Shown here piece after piece: positions 26,582 through 39,347 of a stretch of 64,000 bases of DNA. The DNA is taken from positions 63,798,001 to 63,862,000 of the forward strand of contig OX597815.1 of the NCBI GenBank assembly GCA_951406725.2, written 5' to 3'. Position numbers and translations under genes: made by a program. The stretch's first letter is position 1. Every line of letters starts with the position of its first letter. The notes beneath the pieces are model-generated. The model made no database searches and had not been told where the DNA came from. It saw only the letters and a program-made list of their open reading frames with translations. This stretch comes from Octopus vulgaris (Eukaryota).

Positions 26582-27225
26582 AGATACAGAGAGGAGAGGG
26601 TATAAGAGAAACAGAATGTGAATTGAAAGAAGAGTAAAAAGAGTCAGAACTAGGGGGAAACGTTAATAACGTGACGGTGTTGAACGACAAATATAGCAGA
26701 TATAATTCTAGATAGTCAAGCTATGTCACACACGCACTTCTAAATATATGCGCGCGCGTGTGTGTGCAAGAGATGGCATGGATAAGCGAAAAGATAAGAA
26801 GATGGATAGAGAGATAGACAACGTTGGCTTACGTTCATTGAAAGCAACTTCAGTTTTGTAGAAATTATCATATTCAAGTGTTACAAAGGAGCGCCTCTAT
26901 GACATACCATCCTCCACTCCACTGACACATACATACACGCGCATACACATACATACACACAGATAATGGAGCAAAAGAATGCAAATACATTTAAAATGAG
27001 CTGCGTTCTCTATTATGCTAAAACGCTCACACGCACGCACGCACGCACGCACCCATCCCACCCACACACACACATAAACACAAACACGCACGTATGTATA
27101 TATACAAATATATATGCATACATATATGTATGTATGCATATAAATATATTGATAGACAGACAGATAGATAGATATACGTGTATATATACATATAAGCATA
27201 TATATATATACAAACACACACACAC

Positions 27226-27284
<59 letters not shown>

Positions 27285-27285
<1 letters not shown>

Positions 27286-27490
27286 TTCTTTACTACCCAC
27301 AAGGGGTTAAACACAGAGGGGACAAACAAGGACAGACAAAGGGATTAAGCCGACTACATCGACCCCAGTGCGTAACTGGTACTTAATTTATCGACCCCGA
27401 AAGGATGAAAGGCAAAGTCGACCTCGGCGGAATTTGAACTCGGAACGTAACGACAGAGGAAATACGGCTACGAATTTCGCCCGGCGTGCT
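27285..27490 (-). mobile_element. SINE with a Nin-like central domain
   Basis: The minus strand reads gagttcaaattccgccgaggtcgactttgcctttcatcctttcggggtcgataaattaagtaccag, a B box followed by a block resembling the Nin-SINE domain. Confidence 0.8.
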
Positions 27491-27524
27491 ATATATATAT
27501 TATATATATATATATATATATAAG

Positions 27525-27885
27525 AAGCTTGCTTCCCAACCACATAGTTCCATGTTCGGTTTCACTGCGTGGCACCTTCGGCAAGTGTCTTCTACTATAG
27601 CCGCGGGCCGACCAAAGCCTTGTGAGTGGATTTGGTAGGCGGAAAGAAGCCCATCGTGTGTGTGTGTGTGCGTTTATCTGTGTCTTTGTGTCTGTGTTTG
27701 TCCCTCCTCCATCACTTGGCAACCGATGTTGGTGTGTTTACGTTCCCATAATCTCGCGATTCGACCAATAGAATAAGTACCATGCTTTCAAAGAAGAAGT
27801 CCTGGGGTCGATTTGTTCGACTCAGAGGCAGTGCTCTAGCACGGCCGCAGTCAAATAAGTGAAACAAGTAAATGAATAAAAGAAT
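27525..27885 (+). mobile_element. SINE type A
   Basis: Colinear with 6407-6840. Confidence 0.85.
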
Positions 27886-28020
27886 ATATGCATAGATATA
27901 TACATACATGCATGCATATAATCACTCTATATGCACATATATAGGCACTCACACATATATATGTACAAGTATGTACGTACGTATAGATAGGTAGATAGAC
28001 AGATATGCATATATATGTAC

Positions 28021-28070
<50 letters not shown>

Positions 28071-29002
28071 ATGCTGAACTGGAAGACACCAGCCTCTCCA
28101 GAGCACCCTGTCCGGATTGAGTAGCTGTTCGCAGACATTTGACCTCTCTCCGTTAAATTATTCTTCAACAACTGGCTTAATTATGGTTTTACGGTCATTC
28201 TGTTTTATATTTCCGTTTTAATTCACCTTTCCACTTTTTGCACCTATTGCCTCCTCGCTTTTTTCCTGTGATTTCTCTTGTAACAGCGACCTGCTTCGTA
28301 AATTGAATATACCTTGTCCTCAGAGTCAGTAGATTGCTTGGAGATACAATGCGTGTTATAAAAACTGCCCCAGAGTCGCAGGGATAGCAAGAATAACAGG
28401 TGTAAAAAGCAAATTATTGTTGAGCGTGTTGTGGGAAATGGTCGAATCAGTCAGGATAGGATTCCTTTAGAGGACGATGTATGGGTTTGTTTCAAAGGCC
28501 AATCAATATTACATGGTGAGGTTGGAGTGGTATTGTCGAATGTCATTTGTACCGAAGTTAAGCATAGATGGAGCATGTACTGACAGGATGTAAGTCATCC
28601 GTTTTGGAGTGTTCCAGGTAGCATCGCTAAATTTCGGGCATCTTCGTTGATGCACTAAATTGCTGCAACGCAACAAGAACCTCACAAAAATCACTCAGCC
28701 ATGAAAGATCTTTAATGACAAAACATCTTCAATTAATGATTCATGAGATGCGTGAATTATTGATCCAAACAATAACCTATTCATTCTTAATACGTTTTAG
28801 CAGATTCGAAGTGAATAATAAAGGATCGAACTTCGTTGGTTTTCTTCATCGGACAACACCTCTTTTTGACAGCATGTATTCATAACACATCTGATTCGCC
28901 GGTTTAAATGGACGGTGAAACACCGGATGCCTCCTCAGTCAAGACTACCCAGTAACAATAGATACATCAGCGTGCTTTGGTAAATAATTTGTTACTGATT
29001 TC

Positions 29003-30287
29003 TACACCCAAAATCCTCAAATGTAAAAGGCAACACAAATCTTTAAAAAAACTCTTGACAAATGCCAAACTTCACACACCACATCCACCCCCAGCAGTTA
29101 AAAAATGTGCACGCCCAAACTGTAGCACCTGCCCCTTCCTACTTGAAGGCTCTGAATTTATCTTCAAACAAGGAACGAAGTTTAAAATCAAGACCAACTT
29201 CTGTTCCTCCGAGAACCTTATCTACGTTCTCACATGCGCTGGTTGCCAACATAATTATGTTGGACAAACGAGCCTCCCGTTACGTAAAAGAGTAGTGGTG
29301 CATAAAGAACAAATAAATCTCCCGGAATACCGGCAAATCCCACTGAGTGACCACATAGACTCATGCGCTAAAGACAAAAATCCCAAATTCTACATATTCC
29401 CCTTCTACCAATGTAAAGACGGAATCACCACACAGGAGAGAATTAACAAGGAGAATCTCTTTATTGAAAAATTCTAAACGCATCTTAATATGCAAACTCG
29501 TCGTTGATCATACTTCTTTTTTCTACCTCATTCTTCATGGATGGACTAACACAAATATATAAGGATACCATGCAGTCATCACTTCAAGCTAAAACTTATA
29601 TTCTTTAAATATCATTATTATTATTGTTGTTATTATTATTATTATTATTTTTATTATATATGACATAACAATCCGAAATGTAATTATAAATTGGTTTATG
29701 CAAATTTATATAATTAGAAAACAATATAAATAAAGTGTTAAAATCTGAATGTTAAGTTAGCAAACAATTATATAAAAAGGAAAATGCAAATGAAGCTAAA
29801 ATGATAATTTTATAATTTAAGGTTTATTAACACCCTTTATTACAAAAAAATTGATAAACACAAACTGAAGAGCTTAAAACCCATAGAGTTGTCTCCCCTT
29901 ATTCACAACACAGGAACTGGACTACTACTACTTCCTGTTTTGCCATTCACTTAAGAGACACCCTTATTTAAATTAAACAACACATGGATTTAATCCCATT
30001 GGATCTCAATACTTCAAGGTAATTTTTTCGTGAACAATCATTAAACTCAAGATACACAAAGACTTTACAATGTATCGGAGTACCTATTTTTAAATTTTTG
30101 TATATATTTATTATTATTTTTTTTGCAAAAAACAATGTAATTTTCTTTTTTCCCCCTCCTCACATTAAAAATTTTTTTCGCTTTACAATTCTTGAAAAGT
30201 CACATTATGACGAAAACCGGTTTGAATTAATATATATATATTTTATCAATTTTTCAAAAACTATTCCATACATCCATTTTCATTATA

Positions 30288-30290
<3 letters not shown>
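29003..30290 (+). mobile_element. 5'-truncated Neptune-type PLE (copy 1)
   Basis: CARPNCSTC Cys motif, then NLIYVLTC..C...YVGQT...RKR..VH (GIY-YIG). The 3' UTR is near-identical to 35570-36840. Confidence 0.9.
30187..30228 (+). ncRNA. Minimal type I hammerhead with a U3-A8 core variant
   Basis: AATTC / TTGAAAA / GTCA-catta-TGAC / GAAA / A-CCGG-T-T-T / GAATT. An identical copy lies at 36739-36780. Confidence 0.65.
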
Positions 30291-30363
<73 letters not shown>

Positions 30364-30494
30364 ATTAGGGCTTAGTAAAATAAATTAAATTTTAGGGCTT
30401 AGTAAAATAAATTAAATAAATTAAATAAATTAAATAAATATATATATAATAATTAATAATTAAATAAATATATATATATATATATAACTTATAT

Positions 30495-30845
30495 ATGCCA
30501 AATATGCCGAAAATATCAATAACCATTATAATTTATCATATATCGAAACAAGCCGACAGAAATTTCTAAAAAATTCCGTTATTACCGTATTGGTCCCATT
30601 TGGTCCTCTGAAATTGGGACCAATACGGGAATAACGGAATTTTTAGAAATTTCTGTTGGCTTGTTTCGAGACGCATGTTGATAGTGATAAATTATAATGG
30701 TTATTGACAATTTGTCTATTTTCGGCATATTTGGCATTAGAATTTTTTTCTTTTGCCCTTGTTTTAATAATTTATAAATTTAACTTTTAAAGGTAATTTT
30801 AATATGCTGGCCATTGATTTTTTTTCGAAAAATTTTATTCTATAC
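30495..30845. repeat. Foldback (arms about 30495-30598 and 30615-30737) plus an unpaired tail of about 100 bp
   Basis: atgccaaatatgccgaaaata...ccgtattggtccca / tgggaccaatacgg...tattttcggcatatttggcat. The left arm carries two small deletions. Confidence 0.8.
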
Positions 30846-30848
30846 TAG

Positions 30849-30892
<44 letters not shown>

Positions 30893-30895
<3 letters not shown>

Positions 30896-31898
30896 TATTA
30901 TAAAAGGCAGATTTTCTCTGCCTGTTCCCATGTTCCTTTTTAACACAATTCTACAATATAGAATTTCTTCAATTAGAATATACCTATGATTTTTCGAAGT
31001 AGATTCGATTGGGTCATGGCATATAAAGTTTTTCAATTTGACCCGCAAGTAAGCAAAAATTCGAGAAAAGTAAATATTTTACGATTTCCCTCTCTCATTT
31101 CAAGTGGTTTACTCCTGCTATTACTTCTCCTACTTTCTCTTTGCAAGTGTGAAACTATCAAAGTGAAAGTATTATATAACAGGGATGAGCCATTAATACT
31201 GGTCGTCCTTTTTGCTAGAGGAAGATCCGCTATGGTCTTATATGCTACACCACTGGTTTTCAATTCATATTAGTCAAATTAATATTCAATTTTTCACCCT
31301 TATTATGTGTGTGTGTGTATTAGCAATTCGTATAAAATTGCATCAATGACTTGAACTTGAATAAGTGGTTTCACATAAATGGGGATAAATTAAAAAGGTT
31401 TGTTATTATTATTATTACTGTTTGACTATTGTAATCGCGTTTGTTTGTTCCTCGTCAGGGAAATGCTGTTGTGTTGCATTTGTTAAATAATTGTAAACCG
31501 TAACCCTCCCCCTTTCGGAGAAGGGGCTTTGGTTATTGTTTGAAAATTTAATTGTGTCCCTGTTTGGGGAAATTGACAATATTTTCACCGTCTTTACGGA
31601 AGCATTTTTGTTAAACTGCCTTCGATAGAAGAAAGTCCAAAAATGAATTTCGCTGCAGCCGTACACTTCTATACAAGAGGGAGGACAAGATCCAATTGAT
31701 CGAAATGCAAGAGACGGGCCTACAATTCCAGTCTGGTATATATTTTGAGTATTGTTATCACTAGCGATATCAAGATATAACTTTGTATTTTGTATTTTAT
31801 GTGTAGATGTATATATATATATAGATGTACATGTAATATGTACACATATATATATATACACATATATACATGCATACTATATCTACCCATACACACAT

Positions 31899-31946
<48 letters not shown>

Positions 31947-34346
31947 GGGCAGGTGTGGCTGTGTGGTAACAAACTACGTTCGAAGATACTGTACTTGATA
32001 TGGGCGGTAGTGCCTTGCCGGTCTATGGCCTACCTTCAACAAACTGGGAAGGCACAAACACTCTGTCTTCACATTTGCTGCGTGAGACATGTTTTAATGT
32101 TGACGAGCTTGCCGAGTACATAGCCGACAATGAGCCAAAGCTCCTTCCAGAACAGAAGTTCGCTTACTACTCCGTTGTTAATTCAGTCCGGGCCAAAGCT
32201 GGGGGGATTTTTTTCCTGGACGCTCCCGAGGGCACTGGGAAAACTTTTGTCAACAAATTTAATATTGGCTGAGATTAGGCGAACATAAGGCATTGCCCTA
32301 GCTGTGGCATCATCTGGAATTGCGGCTACTTTGTTGCCAGGCGGCAGGACAGCTCACTCCACTTTCAAGCTTCCGCTTGATTTAGCGAAGACTGAGGCAC
32401 CAACTTGCAACATCAGTAACAGCTCCGATCAGGCAGAAGTCTTCAGACGATGCAAGCTTATCGTTTGGGATAAATGCACGATGGCCCACAGAGGTGCTCT
32501 TGAGGCACTAGATAGATCTCTCAGAGACATCAAACACTCTTCAGCTCCCATGGGAGGCATAACACTTCTTCTTTCAGGGGACTTCCGACAAACACTTCCC
32601 GTTATTCCCAAAGGGACTACAACTGATGCAGTAAGTGCGTGTTTTAAGTAATCCACATTGTGGCCACTGGTGAAGACACTCAAACTTCACACCAAAATGC
32701 GTGCTCATATGCGACGTGATATCACATCAGCAGCATTTTCTCACACCCTTCTTGCACTTGGCGAAGGCAAAATACCAGGGGATGAAAATGGTAATATTGC
32801 CATCGATTCCATTTGTACCATTGTTAAAACGCCTTCTGATCTCAGAGATGCAGTGTTCCCAGATCTACAAGCTAATTATCAGAATATGGATTGGATTGGC
32901 CAAAGGGCTATTCTGGCCCCGAGGAATAAAACTGTTCACCATATTAATGATGAAATGCTAAAACTCATTCCTGAGGATGTCTATGTATATAAGTCTATCG
33001 ATACAACTCCTGACCCAGAGGACGTCATCAGCTATCCAATAGAGGTACTCTATTCCTTTGAGCACCCCGGACTACTACCACACATTCTCAAACTTAAAGT
33101 TGGTGCCCCTATAATGCTCATTAGAAATTTGATTCCCCCAAAACAATGCAATGGCACACGTTTGATCGTTAAGTCCTTATCTCCCAATCTGACTGAGGCC
33201 ACCATTATCACAGGGTGCGGTCGAGGCAACGTTGTGCTCATACCTAGGATGCATCTTTTCCCATCAGGAGCAGACCTACCTTTCATATTTCGGAGGTCCC
33301 GGTTCCCAGTAAGGCCATGTTTCGCAATGTCAATTAACAAAGCGCAGGGTCAAACACTGTCTGTGGCGGGAATTCATTCGGGAGAGCCATGTTTCTCTCA
33401 TAGTCAGCTTTATGTTGCCTGCTCGCGTGTCGGCAGCAACAGTGATGCTTTCGCATTCGTTCCACAACGAAAAACAAAAAACATTGTGTACAAGGAGGTT
33501 TTATAGGATTACTACGTTTCATCATTTTCGAACACGTTAGTATTTCACTTACATACGACTCTCTTTTATGATGGCATTTACATTTTTAGGCGTTTCATGA
33601 CATTAATTCACACTTAACCAACACCTGTCCTTCGCTCACCTCTATTTCTATCCATTCATCATCAAACCACCAGCCTCATCTTCTATATCCAACTTACATG
33701 ACACATCTACCCCCTACATCTACACTCTCACTGTTAAAGTTTACATAAGCGACAACACGATCGCAACATACACTTTGGAAACTAAGCAACAGATCATTTT
33801 ATACAACAACAGATTTAATCATAACGCCCATCAATGAAAACATCTCCACCACTGTGTTGTGATTCATCTATTCAGCACCACTACAGTCTTGCCGGTATGA
33901 CATATGGTGAGTAGATGCTATTGTTCTATATTTTATAAATTACACATATTTACTTACCCATGCTTCATTCCCCTCTTGCCTACATAGGGCATCCATTCTC
34001 TTTTAACACAGCATGAGGTTTTGTAACAGTACACCCGCTGCCGTTCGTGGAAAACGAAGAGACCCTATTCACCTGCGAACGTTTTACACCGCCTTCCACG
34101 ACTATCAAATTCTTACAATTATGAGAACAATAACATCGCTCTTTTCAAGGCAACCTCGCATTCAATTCTTACACCATTCTACGAGGGGGTGGGAACCCCT
34201 TTACACGGCTTTCTATAAACTTACAAATACATTCATTCGCCGTAAACCTATATCAATATTTGCCTGTATAATCATCATAATTCAGTGCAATCATTAACAG
34301 TACTTTCAAGAAATTCAGCCCCGAGCATCGCCGGGCAATCCTGCTA

Positions 34347-34347
<1 letters not shown>
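30893..34347 (+). mobile_element. Internally deleted Helitron retaining the helicase
   Basis: The 3' end has a CCCG-agcatcgc-CGGG hairpin followed by CTAG|T at 34344-34348, and the PIF1 helicase lies inside. The candidate 5' end A|TCTTATTATAAAA at 30893 is less certain. No Rep (HUH) motifs were seen. Confidence 0.75.
31975..33506 (+). pseudogene. Helitron PIF1-family helicase, disrupted
   Basis: FFLDAPEGTGKTF, ASSGIAATLLPGGRTAHS, IVWDK (Walker B altered), GDFRQTLPV, ILAPRN, CNGTRL, FAMSINKAQGQTL, QLYVACSRV, TKNIVYKEVL*. Frameshift near 32260 and a stop at 32649. Confidence 0.93.
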
Positions 34348-34386
<39 letters not shown>

Positions 34387-34397
34387 TGATATATATG

Positions 34398-34462
<65 letters not shown>

Positions 34463-34533
34463 TGATATATATGTATATATATATGTATATATATATAATA
34501 TATATGATATATATGTATATATATACATATATG

Positions 34534-34589
<56 letters not shown>

Positions 34590-34593
<4 letters not shown>

Positions 34594-34798
34594 TAATCCA
34601 AACAAGAAAGCACAAAAAAAAGCACAACAACGCGAGGACGTGGAACAAATATAGTATTGTTGGACGCTCAGGAAAGAAGGAAAGAAGGAGGGCTCAACGT
34701 TTCGAGCGGAGCTCTTCGTCGGAAACATAGGAGAAGGAAAGATTCAGAGAAGGGAAGACAGGAAAAAAATCGCCAACGGTACACACGAGGTCACATTT

Positions 34799-34800
<2 letters not shown>
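34590..34800 (-). mobile_element. PLE 3' terminus fragment with hammerhead-like motif
   Basis: Minus strand 34726-34692 reads GTTT-CCGACGA-A-GAGC/GCTC-GAAA-CGTT. The same family occurs on + at 40945-41040, cut at ...gtttCTGAT. Confidence 0.65.
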
Positions 34801-34863
<63 letters not shown>

Positions 34864-34876
34864 GATAGATCAATAA

Positions 34877-36888
34877 ATGGTGGGGTTGTGTTGCACCAGT
34901 CCTTGCGAACCTCATAATGGGTTTCTTCGAACTATCACTCTATGAGATATCACGCCAGAAATTTGGACATGTTTTCCACACCTACCTAATGGAAAACTGG
35001 AAAAGGTATTTGGATGATTGTTTCATCATATGGAAAGAACCTTATGAAAAACTTCTGGAATTCAAAACCATACTGAACAGCATACATCCCAACATCCAAT
35101 ACACTATGGAATTAAACAAACATCAACTCCCTTTCCTTGATCTCCTAATTATAAAAACACCTAAGAACCAAATCATAACAGACATCTACCACAAACCTAC
35201 AGACTCACAACAATACCTCCTCTTTAGTTCATGCCACCCAAAACACACCAAGACAATTATCCCTTTCAACTTAGCTAAAAGGGTATGCACCATTGTCTCG
35301 GATCCAAAAACTCGAGGAATACGCCTTCAAGACCTCAAAAAACACTATTACTACGCCAATATCCCTCCACCCTTATAGAGTACGGAATAAAACGCGCCAA
35401 AGAACTAGACAACATTACACTGAAAACCACCCAACCCAACACCACACACAACCTCAAAATACTTCCATACATTTCCACCCACAACCCCAATAATATCGAA
35501 GCATACACCACAATCATACAAAACCTCACTCTACTGTCAACAGACCCAAAAATGAAAAACATTATAAATACACACAAAATCCTCAAATGTAAAAGGCAAC
35601 ACAAATCTTTAAAAAAACTCTTGACAAATGCCAAACTTCACACACCACATCCATCCCCAGCAGTTAAAAAATGTGCACGCCCAAACTGTGGCACCTGCCC
35701 CTTCCTACTTGAAGGCTCTGAAGTTTAAAATCAAGACCAACATCTCCTGTTCCTCCGAGAACCTTATCTACGTTCTCACATGCGCTGGTTGCCAACATAA
35801 TTATGTTGGACAAACGAGCCTCCCGTTACGTAAAAGAGTAGTGGTGCATAAAGAACAAATTAATCTCCCGGAATACCGGCAAATCCCACTGAGTGACCAC
35901 ATACACTCATGCGCTAAAGACAAAAATCCCAAATTCTACATATTCCCCTTCTACCAATGTAAAGACGGAATCACCACACAGGAGAGAATTAACAAGGAGA
36001 ATCTCTTTATTGAAAAATTCTAAACGCATCTTAATATGCAAACTCCTCATTGATCATACTTCTTTTTTCTACCTCATTCTTCATGGATGGACTAACACAA
36101 ATATATAAGGATACCATGCAGTCATCACTTCAAGCTAAAACTTATATTCTTTAAATATCATTATTATTATTGTTGTTATTATTATTATTATTATTATTAT
36201 TTTTATTATATATGACATAACAATCTGAAATGTAATTATAAATTCGTTTATGCAAATTTATATAATTAGAAAACAATATAAATAAAGTGTTAAAATCTGA
36301 ATGTTAAGTTAGCAAACAATTATATAAAAAAGATAATGCAAATGAAGCTAAAATGATAATTTTATAATTTAAGGTTTATTAACACCCTTTATTACAAAAA
36401 ATTGATAAACACAAATTGAAGAGCTTAAAACCCATAGAGTTGTCTCCCCTTATTCACAACACAGGAACTGGACTACTACTACTTCTTGTTTTGCCATTCA
36501 CTTAAGAGACACCCTTATTTAAATTAAACAACACATGGATTTAATCCTATTGGATCTCAATACTTCAAGGTAATTTTTTCGTGAACAATCATTAAACTCA
36601 AGATACACAAAGACTTTACAATGTATCGGAGTACCTATTTTTTAATTTTTGTATATATTTATTATTATTATTTTGCAAAAAACAATGTAATTTTCTTTTT
36701 TCCCCCTCCTCACATTAAAAAAAAATGTTTTTCTTTACAATTCTTGAAAAGTCACATTATGACGAAAACCGGTTTGAATTAATATATATATATTTTATCA
36801 ATTTTTCAAAAACTTTTCCATACACCCATTTTCATTAAAATTTTCTTTCAATTTAGCATTCTGCCTTTTTACAATTTTTCCTTGCTTA
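34877..36888 (+). mobile_element. 5'-truncated Neptune-type PLE (copy 2: RT C-terminal half, GIY-YIG, 3' UTR)
   Basis: VAPVLANLIMG...WKRYLDDCF...IQYTME...LPFLDLLI...TDIYHKPTD...SCHP, then CARPNCGTC and GIY-YIG. Frameshifted. Confidence 0.92.
36739..36780 (+). ncRNA. Minimal type I hammerhead, U3-A8 variant (second copy)
   Basis: Identical to 30187-30228. Confidence 0.65.
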
Positions 36889-36925
36889 TATATATATATA
36901 TATATATCTTTAATATGACATATAT

Positions 36926-38700
36926 AATTTTGATTTTGATTTTGATTTTTCCAGTTTCAGCTCATGAGCTGTGGCCATGCTGGGGCACCGCCATTTGGTT
37001 TGCTATATGATTTTTACCTCACGAATGCTTTTTAGCAACTGCCATTTGGTGCATGAGAGAGTTCGATGCAGTTGCCCTCATCTGCACCTCTTGACGTGAA
37101 GTTGGTTCATCCGGGACACCTGAGAGGAAGAGATCCAGTCCTACTTTAAAGACATCAGCATTTACACCATGCAGGTCCTTCAGGTTCTTCGGGGGGATAT
37201 TGAAGAGCTGTGGGCCTCTGAAGCCCAGGCTATCACAGTATCTTGTCCTACATCTTGATGGCAAATTTGGAGTCCTTGGTACCACGCAGTGGCGCCCGGT
37301 TCTGGCATTTGTGTGACTCTCGATGCCAAAGTTTGGGACAAGTCCTTCCAGGATCTTCCAGATATATATTATGGCATATCTTTCTCGCCTACGCTCCAAG
37401 GAATAGAGTTTTAATCTCTTGAGTCTTTCCCAGTAGCTTATATGCTGCACAGAGGCTATCTTCTTCGTGTAGCTTCGTTGGATCGCCTCAAGTTCTGTGA
37501 TCAACTTGACACTGGATGGTGACCATAGCTGAGAGCAATAGTCAAAGTGGCTTAGGACAAGTGTCTTCCAGAGGACCATCATGGTTTCTTGTTCTCTTGT
37601 TCTAAAGGTTCTAAGAATCCATCTGGCCAACCGTCTACATTTCATTGCCAGTTTAGCAACATGTACATGAAGGGTTGCGTCATCACTCATGTGAATACCC
37701 AGGTCACGCACTGATTGTGCCTCTGGGATTGCAATCCCTCCGGGTCCAGTGTATTCATTAGGTATTGCATTCAGTTTTGCATGCTGATAGCATAAAGCTT
37801 GAAACTTTTCAGCATTGAACTGCATGCTATTCTTTTCAGCCCACTTGTATATTTTGTCCAGCTCACATTGCAGGTGTTTAGTGTCTTCAGGGTTTTGTAT
37901 TGCATGTGAAACTTTTGTATCATCTGCATAACTTGTGATCGTGGCTCTCTGCGTGGCTGAGGGGATGTCTGAGAGGGCCATTATGAACAGTAGTGGTCCC
38001 AAAACAGTGCCCTGCGGAACACCGCTCACTATTTGCGTGTTAATTGGCTACTACCACCTGACTTCTATCCTTCAGAAAGTCATGAAGCCATTCTCCCAAT
38101 TTTCCAACTATGCCAAGATCACGCAGTTTGTGACATATCATTCCATGATCGACTTTATCAAAGGCCTTTGCAAAGTCGAGATATATCACATCCACATTTG
38201 AGTGGTTGAGCAGTCAGTTTCAGCACCCAGTCATAGTGTTGTAGGAGCTGAGTTAAGCAGCTTCTTCCTGGTCGGAAACCATGTTGAGTGTCAGGCAGCA
38301 AGTCATTTTCTTCAAGGAAGGTGATTAGTTTCCTTCTGACTATTCGTTCCATGACCTTGCTGATGTGTGAGGTCAGAGAGATAGGTCTGTAGTTCTTGGC
38401 TTCCGCTCTGCTACCTCCTTTATGAATAGGGCATATTTTACCTTCCTTCAGTTTTCTTGGAAGTTTGCCAGTTGCAAGGAAGCTCTGAAAGAGAGACTGC
38501 AGTGGTCTTGCTAGGACTCTCTTACATACTTTTAGAAGGATTGCCGGGAATCCATCGGGGCCAGTAGCTGAGTTTGTTTTCATCTCATCTATAGCCTTTA
38601 TTACATCGTCTTCCTTTATATTGATGTAATCAATCATCGCCGCCTCTGACCCCATATCTGCAGTGGTGAAGAAGTCAGTTGGATTGCTGATTTGGAAATG
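36926..38700 (-). mobile_element. 5'-truncated CR1-group LINE (second subfamily) with an intact 3' end
   Basis: RT ORFs at 38158-38655 and 37019-38029 (NYRPISLTS, QHGFRPGRSCLTQLL, GVPQG, YADD, LYSLERRRER, PDEP). A short 3' UTR with the CAGCTCATGAGCTG palindrome and an (AAAATC)n tail. Confidence 0.93.
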
Positions 38701-38739
38701 CCCAAATATATTATATATATATTACATATATATTATATA

Positions 38740-39315
38740 TATAGCCACTCTGGCCAGCTATGCAGACGATACGAAAGTCTCGCAGAAAATACAGAACCCC
38801 AGAAGATCGTCTCTTTGCAACAGCTCAGCTACTGGGAAAGGTTGAAACAGCTAAGACTCTACTCCCTGGAGAGAAGACGGGAGAGGTATGCAGTAATATA
38901 TGTCTGGAAGATCCTGGAAGGAATTGTGCCAAATTTTGGCATTGTAAGCTACACCAATGCTAGAACGGGACGACACTGCATAGTGCCCAAGGTTCCCAGC
39001 AATGCCATCATGCTTCAGGACCAGCTTCTGCAACAGCCTGGGTTTCAAGGGCCCACAGATTTCTAATATTCTCCCAAAGAGTCTGAGGAACTTGCACAAA
39101 GTAGATGTAGCGGTTTTTAAATCAAATCTGGACATCTTCCTGTCGAGAGTCCCAGATGAACCTACCTCACGGCAAGGGGTGCACATGAGAGTAGCTATAT
39201 CAAACTCTATTCTTCACCAAGTGCCACATATTAGACGAGGTTCTTCGCAATAACAGTGTAGCACAAAACGGCGGTGCATCAGCATGGCCGCAGCTCTGAG
39301 CTGAAACAAGAAAAC
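38740..39315 (+). mobile_element. CR1-group LINE 3' fragment with an internal deletion
   Basis: The first about 60 bp are near-identical to 14210-14270 (ATLASYADDTKVSQKIQNP). The sequence then jumps to SYWERLK...LYSLERRRERY...PDEPT and the 3' tail ggcggtgcatcagcatggccgcagctctgagctgaaac. Confidence 0.9.
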
Positions 39316-39316
39316 C

Positions 39317-39344
<28 letters not shown>

Positions 39345-39347
<3 letters not shown>

